DNA from: Verrucomicrobiales bacterium | Lineage (GTDB): Bacteria > Verrucomicrobiota > Verrucomicrobiia > Verrucomicrobiales > V1-33 | DNA: 64,000 nt | Assembly: GCA_031411295.1 (NCBI GenBank) | Contig: JANOAV010000205.1 | Location: 39,933 to 103,932, forward strand | Direction: 5' to 3' | In this document: positions 32,357 through 42,100 of the stretch, one piece after another | Layout: every line of letters begins with the position of its first letter | Position numbering within the stretch: the first letter of the stretch is position 1 | Notes under the pieces: generated by a model | Seen by the model: only the letters and a program-made list of their open reading frames with translations | Told to the model about the DNA's origin: nothing | Databases searched by the model: none | Position numbers and translations under genes: made by a program

Positions 32357-32370
32357 ATCACGCCTGCTAA

Positions 32371-33834
32371 CTACTCATCCATGCCATCCCCTTCTTCGCG
32401 CACCCCGAGTTCGAAGCGCATGAACTCGTTGAAGAAAATCAACGGCACACTGCCGGTGGGGCCGTTCCGGTGTTTCGCAATGAGGAGTTCCGCTTTGCGA
32501 CTAACTTCCTTTTTCTCTTCTTCATCAGCGGCGTAGTATTCCGGACGATAGAGCAAGCCCACCAAATCGGCATCCTGTTCGATGGAACCCGATTCCCGCA
32601 AGTCGCTCAGCTTCGGCTTCCCAGCGTTTTTGCCCGTGCGTCCTTCAGGATTCCGATTCAACTGTGCGAGCACAATGATGGGAACCCCCAACTCCTTGGC
32701 GATGGCTTTGCAGCCAGCGGAAATTTCCGCAATTTCCTGCTGACGATTCTCCTGCGCTCGCTTGCTAGTGCTGCGCATGAGCTGGAGGTAATCGATGGCG
32801 ATCAGGGCGATATCGTGCGTTTTCTTGAAACGACGGGCTTTGGAGCGCATGTCCATCACGCTGAGCGAAGGCGTGTCGTCGATCAGGATTTTGGATTTCA
32901 TCAGGGCGCTGCCAGCTTGCGTGATGCGGGGGAAATCACTCTTCTTCATGCCGCCTGGCTTGCCGATGGTCCGGGGATTCACCCGGGCGCGGGAACAGAG
33001 CAAACGCTGCACCAATTGATCTGCGCCCATTTCGAGTGAGAACACGGCCACGGCTTTGCCCAGATCCACCGCCACATGCTCCACGATGTTCATCACAAAT
33101 GATGTTTTGCCCATGGAGGGACGTGCTGCCAGAATGAACATGTCACCGGCATGCAAGCCACCACCCATTTCGTCCAGATCCTTGTAGCCCGTGGGTAAGC
33201 CCAGCATGGCGTTCGGATTCTTGACCATTTGTTGCATGCGGTCGATTTGTCCTAACACCAAATCTTTCATGGGAATCAGCCCCTTCTTCTCCGAGCGTTT
33301 CCGCCGCACGTTGAGAATTTTTTCCTCCACTTCATCGACCAAGGGATCCAAGTCCTCCTGCTCCTCGAACGCCCGGTTGATACAGTGACTGCAGGCTCCG
33401 ATGATACTGCGCAGGGTGAATTTCTCATCCACAATCCCGACGTAGTGTTCGATGTGCGCTGGCGATGCGGCCAAGGCATAAATTTCCGCCACTGCGGCGG
33501 GACCACCTACTTTGTCCATCAGGTTCCGGTCCACCAGCACTTGCTGCAGTGAAATGACGTCCACGGGTTTGGTCTTGTCGTGCAGTTGGGTGATGAGGTC
33601 GAAGAGAATCTGGTGCGACTCCAAGTGGAATGATTCCATCGTCAGCTTCTCGGCGGCAATGCCGACGGCCAAATCTGGGGCCTGGAGCATGCAGCTAAGC
33701 ACGCCTTTCTCCGCCTCGTGGCTGCTGGGAAGCGGACGCGAGGCGTCGGACATGGGATCGATTTTCGGTTTGCCGCGTTTGTCGCGATCACCACCTTTGG
33801 AGAATTTTGCTTCGGAGTCAGAGTTGTAGGCCAT
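32371..33834 (-). CDS. dnaB: Replicative DNA helicase
   Basis: AARPSMGKT, FSLEM, IDYLQL, AQLNR, LSDLRESGSIEQDAD, KHRNGPTG. No intein. Confidence 0.97.
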   Translation of the reverse strand: MAYNSDSEAKFSKGGDRDKRGKPKIDPMSDASRPLPSSHEAEKGVLSCMLQAPDLAVGIAAEKLTMESFHLESHQILFDLITQLHDKTKPVDVISLQQVLVDRNLMDKVGGPAAVAEIYALAASPAHIEHYVGIVDEKFTLRSIIGACSHCINRAFEEQEDLDPLVDEVEEKILNVRRKRSEKKGLIPMKDLVLGQIDRMQQMVKNPNAMLGLPTGYKDLDEMGGGLHAGDMFILAARPSMGKTSFVMNIVEHVAVDLGKAVAVFSLEMGADQLVQRLLCSRARVNPRTIGKPGGMKKSDFPRITQAGSALMKSKILIDDTPSLSVMDMRSKARRFKKTHDIALIAIDYLQLMRSTSKRAQENRQQEIAEISAGCKAIAKELGVPIIVLAQLNRNPEGRTGKNAGKPKLSDLRESGSIEQDADLVGLLYRPEYYAADEEEKKEVSRKAELLIAKHRNGPTGSVPLIFFNEFMRFELGVREEGDGMDE

Positions 33835-33871
33835 GGGAAGATTTTAGGTTTCGGGGTAAAGTTTGCAGAAG

Positions 33872-34669
33872 TTAGGCAGTCAGGCCCAGGATCTGTTGCA
33901 AGGTGTGCCAATGGTGCTCCAGCTTGCTGTGGAATGGGCGTGCTGGTGTCATGGTGCGCCATCCTTTGGCTTGGCCCATGGCGGCTAGCTTGGCCGTGGG
34001 ATTCACCATCACGCCGTGTTCGGCCAGGTTAAGCAGGGGGAGATCGGCGTGGCTGTCGGAGTAGGCATAGCTGCCAGGAATGGGCAGCGTGGAGGGCGAG
34101 GTAACGAGACCAGCATTAGGCTGGACGGCATTCCCATCGGTTGGGGCAGGTCTCCTCACGTCGCCCTCCACGGCCAGGATTTCCGCCATGGGTGGGAGCT
34201 TGTGCTGGCCTTTGTTGTTGGGACCAATGACATTCGGCGTGAAACGCACGCGGTCGCCAGATCCGAGATCGATGCGGGTGGCGAAACAGTGATCGAACTT
34301 GAGGCTGCGCGCAATTTCCCTGGCATAGAAATCCGGGCTGGCACTGTTCATGATGGTGACTAGCCCATTGGCCTGATGCTGCTGCAACTCCGCCAACACA
34401 CTGGGATAAACCATGGGCATGACGACGGTGGCGACGAATTCTTTGACTAGAATTTCCAGTTCAGACTTCGGCATGCGCCAAAGATAGTTCAGGAAAACGC
34501 GCTTCAATCCCCGGTGACCGATGAGTTTCAATCCCGCCAGGGGTAAGGCTGGGAGCCAGGTCGCCAGATAGATCCGTCGCCAGCCATGCCGCTGCAGCAC
34601 GAACTGGCAAAAGAGCGCTTGGGTGTCATAGGGCACCAGGGTTTGATCGAGATCGAAGAAGGCGAACAC
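33872..34669 (-). CDS. HAD-IB family hydrolase containing an in-frame palindromic insertion
   Basis: AFFDLDQTL, SASP, YAYSDSHADLPLL, VNP. Confidence 0.88.
   Translation of the reverse strand: MFAFFDLDQTLVPYDTQALFCQFVLQRHGWRRIYLATWLPALPLAGLKLIGHRGLKRVFLNYLWRMPKSELEILVKEFVATVVMPMVYPSVLAELQQHQANGLVTIMNSASPDFYAREIARSLKFDHCFATRIDLGSGDRVRFTPNVIGPNNKGQHKLPPMAEILAVEGDVRRPAPTDGNAVQPNAGLVTSPSTLPIPGSYAYSDSHADLPLLNLAEHGVMVNPTAKLAAMGQAKGWRTMTPARPFHSKLEHHWHTLQQILGLTA
34088..34172. repeat. REPIN-like doublet (family D) inside the HAD-IB CDS
   Basis: cgtggagggcgaggtaacgagaccagc (34088-34114) matches the reverse complement of 34146-34172 (cgtggagggcgacgtgaggagacctgc) at 23/27. Confidence 0.8.
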
Positions 34670-34675
34670 AAGCGG

Positions 34676-36208
34676 TTAATGAGTTAGCATGTAGCAGGCG
34701 ATCACGACGAGAGTCGGCACGAAAGCCGCCAGCAGCAGGTTCAAGGGTGAGACGCCATTGGGGAAATAGCGCTTCAACAAGGACTGACCAGCCGGATTGG
34801 GCGCGTTGGCGATGACGGTCAACCCGCCACCAGCAATCGCTCCACTCATGATGGCGTATTTGGCACCATCGCTGAGGCCCTGAACTTGACTGGCAAGGAA
34901 CGTGATCAGTGCGTTATCATTGAAGGCAGTGAGCGTGGCGGCACCCAGGTGCAGCGTCCATTCACTGAGTCCACTATTGAGCACCGGCTCCAACCACCAA
35001 GCTTGGAGCCGACCATGGATGACCAATCCCGCCAGGAACAGACCGACCATCAGCGGCCCCCGGAAACTGGATTTCGACTGATGCGTCCCGGTGGTCTGGA
35101 CCAAGGCGAGGAAGAACAGATAGCCGCCGATGAACATGGCTGGATAATGCGCCACCTTGACGGTCCAAGCCAGAAAGGCCAAGTGGAGCAGGGTAACGAG
35201 CACTGGGACCGGGGCATGAGCGTCCACCCAGGCGTTGGCGGGGTGTTGGGTTTTCTCCAATTCCGCTTCAGTCTCCAAGGCTTTCAATTGTTTGCGGAAG
35301 ATGACCCAATAGAGCAGCGTGTTCGCCACAATGGCCAGCACCGAACGCCAGCCGAAGGTCTCCAGCATAAAGAGCGAGGACCAGTTCCAGCGCTCTGGAC
35401 CAGCGACCATCAGCACGGGCGGAGCGGCAAAATTGGTCAGCACGCCACCCACGCTGATGTTCACAAACAACAGTCCCAGTGTGGCGTATTTGAAGGCGGT
35501 TCGGGGTTTCAACTCGTAAATTTTGCGGCCCAGCAGGAGCGCTCCAATCGTCATCGCGCCCGGTTCGGTAATTACGGAGCCTAGCAGGGGGGCGAGAATT
35601 AGAATCGCCAGCCACCAAGCCGTGGGCGTGCCTTTCCCCATGCGGGCCACCACATTGAGGCATTGCTCCGCAAACTGCACCACGGGGCGCGTGGCCGCCA
35701 TGGCCATGATGACGATGACGAACATCGGTTCAGTGAAATTGGAATCGCGATGCATGAAACTCACCAAGTTGTCCCAGCCGAAATAGTTGAAAGCGACCAA
35801 CAACACCGGCAACGCCCAGAGCGCAAACACGGCTTCCACTTCACCTAGAAACTCCAGCACAGTCGCCCAAGCGGAAACCTTGCCTTTTTCCGCTTCGGTG
35901 AGTTGCGCCTTGAATCGCTTTTCTACCTTGTGGGCATAGCGCAACAGCATGGGGGCAACGAACGTATGCAGGATGGCACACGCGAATAGAATGGTCACGA
36001 TGAAATTAAACGGCTCAGCGGCCGCGCGCTGCTGAATTCGCTCCCACAGTGGAAGCGAAGCGTCGCCATAAGTTGAGACCGGCTTGGGGAAGGCGGCGTA
36101 TTGCGCCTCCGCGTCTGGCGTGGCCGGATAAGCCGGCACAGCGGACGTAGCCCCAGCTGGAATCAGGAGCAGAAGCCAACAAATCAACGGAAATAAACGA
36201 GCAATCAT
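34676..36208 (-). CDS. Putative Na+/H+ antiporter (DUF1504 family)
   Basis: AILHTF, LGEVE.VF, FTEP.FV, ITEP.AMT, VNIS.GG.LT.FAAPP, DNA.IT, GGGLTVIANAPNPAG. Confidence 0.85.
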   Translation of the reverse strand: MIARLFPLICWLLLLIPAGATSAVPAYPATPDAEAQYAAFPKPVSTYGDASLPLWERIQQRAAAEPFNFIVTILFACAILHTFVAPMLLRYAHKVEKRFKAQLTEAEKGKVSAWATVLEFLGEVEAVFALWALPVLLVAFNYFGWDNLVSFMHRDSNFTEPMFVIVIMAMAATRPVVQFAEQCLNVVARMGKGTPTAWWLAILILAPLLGSVITEPGAMTIGALLLGRKIYELKPRTAFKYATLGLLFVNISVGGVLTNFAAPPVLMVAGPERWNWSSLFMLETFGWRSVLAIVANTLLYWVIFRKQLKALETEAELEKTQHPANAWVDAHAPVPVLVTLLHLAFLAWTVKVAHYPAMFIGGYLFFLALVQTTGTHQSKSSFRGPLMVGLFLAGLVIHGRLQAWWLEPVLNSGLSEWTLHLGAATLTAFNDNALITFLASQVQGLSDGAKYAIMSGAIAGGGLTVIANAPNPAGQSLLKRYFPNGVSPLNLLLAAFVPTLVVIACYMLTH

Positions 36209-36320
36209 AGTCGTAACTGATCGCCCCCCAACAACTTTGCAAGCGACTCCCAAAAAATCGGCATCATAGCAGGTCCGTCGCAATATTTAGCAGGCACCCT
36301 TGCTTACCTCCAAGCCCACC

Positions 36321-36797
36321 TCAGAACGGAATATCGTCCGCATCCTCATTCCCCGTGGCATGGGGCGGCAGTTGTTCCAGGGCTTCGCTTCGGTCCTCCG
36401 CTTGGTCCCAGACTTTCAAAGTCACATAAATCGGAGCGCCCACCAGGGTTGCCAGCGCGATGGCATCACTCGGGCGAGCGTCCAATTCAACGATCTTCTG
36501 GTGGAACAATTCATTCTCCATCCCCAGGATCATCCTGGCATAGAAGACCCCCTCATTGACATCATTAATCACCACGCGATCCAACCGTGCCCCCAGGCCC
36601 TTGAGCATGTGCGACATCAGTTCGTGGCTCTGCGGGCGGGCTGAAGGAACCTTCTGCATGGCGTTGGCGATGCTGGCTCCGATGGCATGGTCAATATAGA
36701 TCACGAACGCCTTGGTTTCATTACCCAGAAACAAGGCGCAACCGCTTCTGGTGGGGAGCACACCTTTGATTTCTACGCGCAGGACTTGGTTTGACAT
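36321..36797 (-). CDS. Bifunctional nuclease family protein (DUF151)
   Basis: RP.SHEL, GVFYA, LDARPSDAIALA. Confidence 0.9.
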   Translation of the reverse strand: MSNQVLRVEIKGVLPTRSGCALFLGNETKAFVIYIDHAIGASIANAMQKVPSARPQSHELMSHMLKGLGARLDRVVINDVNEGVFYARMILGMENELFHQKIVELDARPSDAIALATLVGAPIYVTLKVWDQAEDRSEALEQLPPHATGNEDADDIPF

Positions 36798-37014
36798 AGC
36801 TAGTTTGAGTTTGCGCCCAGTCTCCTCGTTTTGCAACCGTTTACGTCCCGGTGCATTGCCGGCGTTCAGGATAACGACGAGCAAGCTGAATCGGCTTCGG
36901 TCCCCCATTGCGCTCGGGCGCTTCCGTGCCTGTTCTACCGAAATACAAGTAACTCAGACTCGCAAATCGACAACTCGGATCGTATGCTGTCGAACTCTCA
37001 AAGTTTCCTCCACC

Positions 37015-38763
37015 ATGCGTTTCCTCCTCCATTTATTGCTTGCCACTGTCAGTGCCATGGCTGCGGACATCCCCAAGCCCTACGCTCATCTCCGCTCGGA
37101 AGATCTCAAATCCGAGGGGGTATCCGTGGTTGCTTGGGCGGACCAAGCCACGCCTGCACGCAGCCTGGACCGTGTCTCTGGCAAACCTCGTGTGCTCCTC
37201 GTTTCCACTCCGTTTGGGGACAAGCCTGTCCTGCGCCTCGATGGTCATTCCGCCCTCTGGCAAGCAGCCAGCGCCTGGGGCACTTTGTCGGGAGAGCGCA
37301 CCGTGGTGCTCTTCGCTCGCGTTACCGCCAAGGTCGATGGTTTCCTTTTTGATGGCAGCACCAAATCAGGTTCCGCCCCGGTCCAAATCACAGCCAGCCA
37401 ATGGAAAACCGCCGCCAACGTTTCATCCGCACCACAACCAGGAGCCTGGCAGGTGCTCACCTTTTCCTTTCCGAAAGACGCGCCTCCGTTGGGTGGTTTC
37501 ATTCTTGGTGCCAACGTTGCCGCAGCTTCCGGTCTAGCCTGCGACCTTGCTGAAGTGTTGGTCTTCGATCAGAAACTCACCACCGATCAACTGACGGAGA
37601 TTTCCTCCAAACTGACCGCCACCTGGGGCACCCCAACGGATTTACCAGAGGACAAGCAACCGAGCGACCCGAAGTTCACCGAAGATCCCCGCGTCTTCCG
37701 CACCGTCGTTCGCAAGCAACACGATGAAGGCGTGCACACCTATCGCATCCCGGGCCTTGCCACCACGCCGAAAGGCACCCTCATTGCAGTCTTCGATATT
37801 CGCCATGCCAACGGTGGAGACTTGCCGGGCAACATCGACGTCGGCATGATGCGCAGCACTGACGATGGGGAAACTTGGGGCCCCATGAAGGCCATCCTCG
37901 ACTTCGATGACAAGCTTCCTAACTCACGCGGTAATGGCGTAGGCGATCCTACAGTGTTAGTCGATCAACGCACCGGGCGCATCCTCGTGGCAGCCCTCCA
38001 TTCCCAAGGCAACCGCGCGTGGTTCGGCAGCGGCCCCGGTATGACCGCAGAAGAAACTGGACAATTCACCCTCACTCACAGCGACGACGATGGCCTCACG
38101 TGGTCAAAACCTACTAGCATTAATTCCCAAGTCAAAGACCCTCGCTGGAACCTCGTTTTCAACGGTCCTGGCTCGGGCATTCAGCTTCGCGATGGCACGT
38201 TAGTGTTTCCCGCACAATTCAAAGACGCCAGCAAGCAACCCCACTCCTGTTTCATCGCCAGCACCGATGGCGGCATCACCTGGAAAATTTCCCCCGCCGC
38301 CATTCCCGGAAACCCACCCACCAGCGAAGCTCAAATCGTGGAGCTATCCGATGGCTCACTCCTCCTCTCCATGCGCAACGAATCGCGCACTGGCAAACGC
38401 GCCTGGGCCAAATGGACTTGGAAAGACACCCTCATGAACGGCCAATGGAGTCCTCATTGGCTCGACGTGACCGACCCCACCTGCATGGCCAGCATCATTC
38501 GCCATCCCTCCGGGAAGCTTATTTTCTCCAATCCAAACAACCCCAACAAACGCGTCGCCATGACCATCCGCACCAGCGATGACGATGGCAAAACCTGGAG
38601 TTCCGGTAAACTCCTCGACCCCGCGTTCTCCATGTATTCCTGCCTCACCGTGCTCAACGATGGCCGCCTCGGATTACTCTATGAATCCGGAGACACCGCA
38701 GGTCTGGTCTTCGCGAGGTTTCCGTTGGAATGGGCTGTGGAAGCGGATCCTGCTAAACGCTGA
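37015..38763 (+). CDS. Exo-alpha-sialidase (GH33) with N-terminal lectin/LamG-like domain
   Basis: Signal peptide, YRIP motif, four Asp boxes (STDDGETW, SDDDGLTW, STDGGITW, SDDDGKTW), YS nucleophile region. Confidence 0.9.
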   Translation: MRFLLHLLLATVSAMAADIPKPYAHLRSEDLKSEGVSVVAWADQATPARSLDRVSGKPRVLLVSTPFGDKPVLRLDGHSALWQAASAWGTLSGERTVVLFARVTAKVDGFLFDGSTKSGSAPVQITASQWKTAANVSSAPQPGAWQVLTFSFPKDAPPLGGFILGANVAAASGLACDLAEVLVFDQKLTTDQLTEISSKLTATWGTPTDLPEDKQPSDPKFTEDPRVFRTVVRKQHDEGVHTYRIPGLATTPKGTLIAVFDIRHANGGDLPGNIDVGMMRSTDDGETWGPMKAILDFDDKLPNSRGNGVGDPTVLVDQRTGRILVAALHSQGNRAWFGSGPGMTAEETGQFTLTHSDDDGLTWSKPTSINSQVKDPRWNLVFNGPGSGIQLRDGTLVFPAQFKDASKQPHSCFIASTDGGITWKISPAAIPGNPPTSEAQIVELSDGSLLLSMRNESRTGKRAWAKWTWKDTLMNGQWSPHWLDVTDPTCMASIIRHPSGKLIFSNPNNPNKRVAMTIRTSDDDGKTWSSGKLLDPAFSMYSCLTVLNDGRLGLLYESGDTAGLVFARFPLEWAVEADPAKR

Positions 38764-38851
38764 AGATGGGGAAATGGAGGTGATTTGGGTGAAGGCACCA
38801 AATGGAAATGGTGGTTGCAAACCGGAAGCATTGAGTAACCTTCCAGTCACC

Positions 38852-39130
38852 ATGCCTGCTCTCGTCATAAAATCCTTCCCGGAAACCCTCCACGCCAAGC
38901 TCCGGCAAATTGCCGCCGCTCACAGGCGTTCCGTGACGCAGGAGACCATCCATCTGATAGAGACAGCCATCGCCAGCGAAGAAAAATCTGCAGCATCAAC
39001 GACCACTCTTCAGTCCAAATGGGCCAACCGAAAGCTCTTGCCGGAATATGAGGCCATGCTGGCCAGAGGGGCGTTCAGCGGCGGCACAGATTCCACCCAG
39101 ATCATCTCTGAGGAGCGCGACGCTCGATGA
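38852..39130 (+). CDS. FitA/Arc-like ribbon-helix-helix antitoxin (orphan)
   Basis: MPALVIKSFPETLHAKLRQIAAAHRRSVTQE; C-terminal DSTQIISEERDAR is typical of VapB/FitA. No PIN toxin follows. Confidence 0.75.
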   Translation: MPALVIKSFPETLHAKLRQIAAAHRRSVTQETIHLIETAIASEEKSAASTTTLQSKWANRKLLPEYEAMLARGAFSGGTDSTQIISEERDAR

Positions 39131-39166
39131 GATGGCCTTCTTTTTATCTCCCATTTAATCAATCCA

Positions 39167-42100
39167 ATGGGACAATCGCCTGAACTTGCAGGAGGGGAGG
39201 GTTTCACTTATGAAGGATATGCAGCAGCATTCTATCTGGCCGCTGTGTTAGATGAAGGATACGGCCCAGGTATTGACGGTATGAGAGTGGTCTGCGTGTC
39301 CGTCCAACAGCGGGATTTTGGCGAACCTCTGGACGACTTAATCGTGGACTTCGAAGACTTGAGCCGAAACAGGGCTAGGCTTAGTCTCCAAGTTAAGCGA
39401 ACCCTCACTGTTAGTTCAGCTAGATCGAACGCGGACTTCCGCGAAATAATCCGAGACTGTTGGGCGACGCTCAAGAAGCCTGACTTTCGTATCGCAATTG
39501 ATCGCTATGGTGTAGCAGTTGGCACCATAAGCTCCATGAAGGAGCACGCGCTTAAAACGCTTTGTGATTGGGCACGTGAAAGTCTGACTCCTCACCATTT
39601 TGACCACCGCTTTTCACCCACTGGTAGCGCAAGTGAAGAAATGAAATCGATGAGGAGAGAAATCGTTTCTCTACTCGAAGAAGTGGGCAAGGGTAGCGGC
39701 TGCACCAGTGAAGAAATCCATCAATTTTTTGCTCATTTCGTCCTCATTCGTTTTGATTTTCTCCGTGAAGGGGCCACGCATTCGCCTGAAGCGATAAACC
39801 GCATCAAGGAATGCCTAAATCCTGAGGATGCGGCTCAGGCACCCCTCGTGTGGGCACGGCTGATTCAGCTGGTCCGCGCATCGTCGGGAAAATCCGGTCA
39901 GTTTGATCGTTCTCGGCTTCTGCACCAAACTTCCCATGTGGCACGCTTCCGTAGTGCGATGTCCCTGCGGAATGATCTTGATAAAATCGCAGAACTTGCT
40001 CACAGCTACGCAAACTTGATTCCAGACGACGTTGCTGGAATCAAGCTGGAACGCGACGAGTTACTACAGAGTCTGAAAGACAAATTGACCTCAGCCCGCT
40101 TGGTCCAGGTTAAAGGCATGCCGGGGAGTGGAAAATCGGTTCTTGTGAGAAGATTGCTTCAGAGCGGACTAGAGCACGGCCCAGTCCTGTTCTTAAAGGC
40201 AGAACAAATCGAAGGCACCAGTTGGATAAGTTATGCAACTTCCAATGGCTTATCAGGGGCTCCGCTTGAAAAGCTCCTCCTAGAGATTGGAACCACAGGC
40301 ACTCCGATTCTTTTCATCGATGCCATTGATCGCATTGAGAAGGAACACCAGCCAGTCATCATTGATTTGTTCCGGGCCATTCTAGATTCTCCTTTCCTTG
40401 AGGATTGGCGAATTGTCGTGTCACTTCGTGACACAGGAATCGAAGTTCTTCGCAATTGGTTGGGGCCGTGCCTTGATAGACTCACACTGGCTAGTGTCGA
40501 AGTGAAGCAATTGCGTGATGAGGATGCCAAAATGCTAGCTACCGCAAAGCCCCATCTTCACCCACTGCTGTTTGGAACGCCTCAAATCCGTGAGATCGTC
40601 CGACGCCCCTTCTTTGCGAAAATCCTTCATCAGTGTTATGCGGCGGACTCTGACGCTCCTATCCCCATGCTCAGTTCCGAGGTGGATTTGATCGAACATT
40701 GGTGGAAGCGAGGCGGCTACAATGAGAGTGGGCAGCCCGCAATTGGTCGTCAACGCACTTTGGTTGAACTCTCACGGTTGCGAGCAGGGCAACTGAATCA
40801 GCCGATTCTACTCAGTCAGCTTTCGTCTATTGTGCACATTGAGGCGTTAAAGCTCGATGGCATTCTCCAAGACGCTCGTCCCGGTATCTCCGTTCGTTTC
40901 GCTCATGACATATTCTTTGAATGGGCTATTTTTTATGCGCTAGCAGACCGAGGTGAGCAATGGATTGAGGAGATCAAATCGTGCGGAGAGCCGCCTGCAG
41001 TGGCACGGGTGGTGGAACTTTCTTCCCAATGGGAATATGATAGAGGTTCATTATGGCAAACCAATCTCAAAGCTGTGGAACGACCAGAAATCCGATCCCA
41101 GTGGTTGCGTGCCTGGCTGGTTGGGCCACTAGGAAGCTCGAAATTCGAGATGGATTCTGATCAATTTTGTCGGGCTGCGTTTGCCGATGATTATCGATTG
41201 TTTCAGAAAACGCTCGTTTGGTTCCAGGCAGAGAAGACGACCCCGAATCCCAACATCACCTCCGGGGATTTTCCTGCGGATCAGCGGCAACGCTTTGCAG
41301 ACCTGCTAGGTTGGCCATCCGATTTCGGAGTTTGGCGTCGGCTTATTCAATTCATCCTCAGCCGCATTTCGGATATCCCAGTTCGGCTATACCCTGAAAT
41401 CGTAGCGATTTTTGAGGTTTGGCAAAACGCACTTGCTTCGTTGCGGAACCCAATATCAACAGCTTTCCTCCAGCACTGCGCCACTTGGCTTACGTCTATC
41501 GATTTAGAGACGGGTTTAGATAGGCTCGCCCGTGGGAAACGAACAATAGAGACCATTTGGGTTCAAATACCGGATCTGAAGGCATTTCGAGCTTCGATGG
41601 TTCAACTTCTCTTACGGTCAACGCAATCCGAGCCAGCACTCGTAGCTGCATATCTTTCACAGCTCGCTGCTTCGAAAGATTTTCGCGACGAACCATTTGT
41701 AGAAATCCTTCCATTCTCCTCGAGTCTCGCCCAAACGATGCCGAAATCACTTGTAGATCTTTCCTTGGCTTACTTTTGCGAAGAGCTTCCAGAGGACCGC
41801 ATCACTAGAAAGGCAGAGGAACGCCGCATAAAGGCTGAATGGAGAAAATCGATTCGAAATAAGCCAAAAGCAGAGCGAACTGAGCAAGAGGAAAGGTCGC
41901 TCTCATTTAGCCAATCTTTGCATAACGATGATGTTCCATACAAAGCATGGGAGAACCTCTCAATCCGTGACGGTCTTCAAAATTTTTGGCCTCCCTCTCC
42001 TCTGCGGGAGCCTTTTCACTCTCTGTTCCGATTAGCACCACGAGAAGCCCTGCGCCTCCTTCGGTCGCTCTGCAATCATGCCATGGAAACGTGGCGACAG

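Noticed and set aside
32371..33834. Intein in dnaB
   Set aside because: Length is normal (487 aa) and the helicase motifs are contiguous.
36712..37014. 101-aa N-terminal extension of the sialidase
   Set aside because: It overlaps the divergent DUF151 gene and promoter. A clear signal peptide starts at ATG 37015.
38579..38851. Longer 183-aa version of the antitoxin ORF
   Set aside because: It overlaps the sialidase 3' end. The RHH domain begins at ATG 38852.
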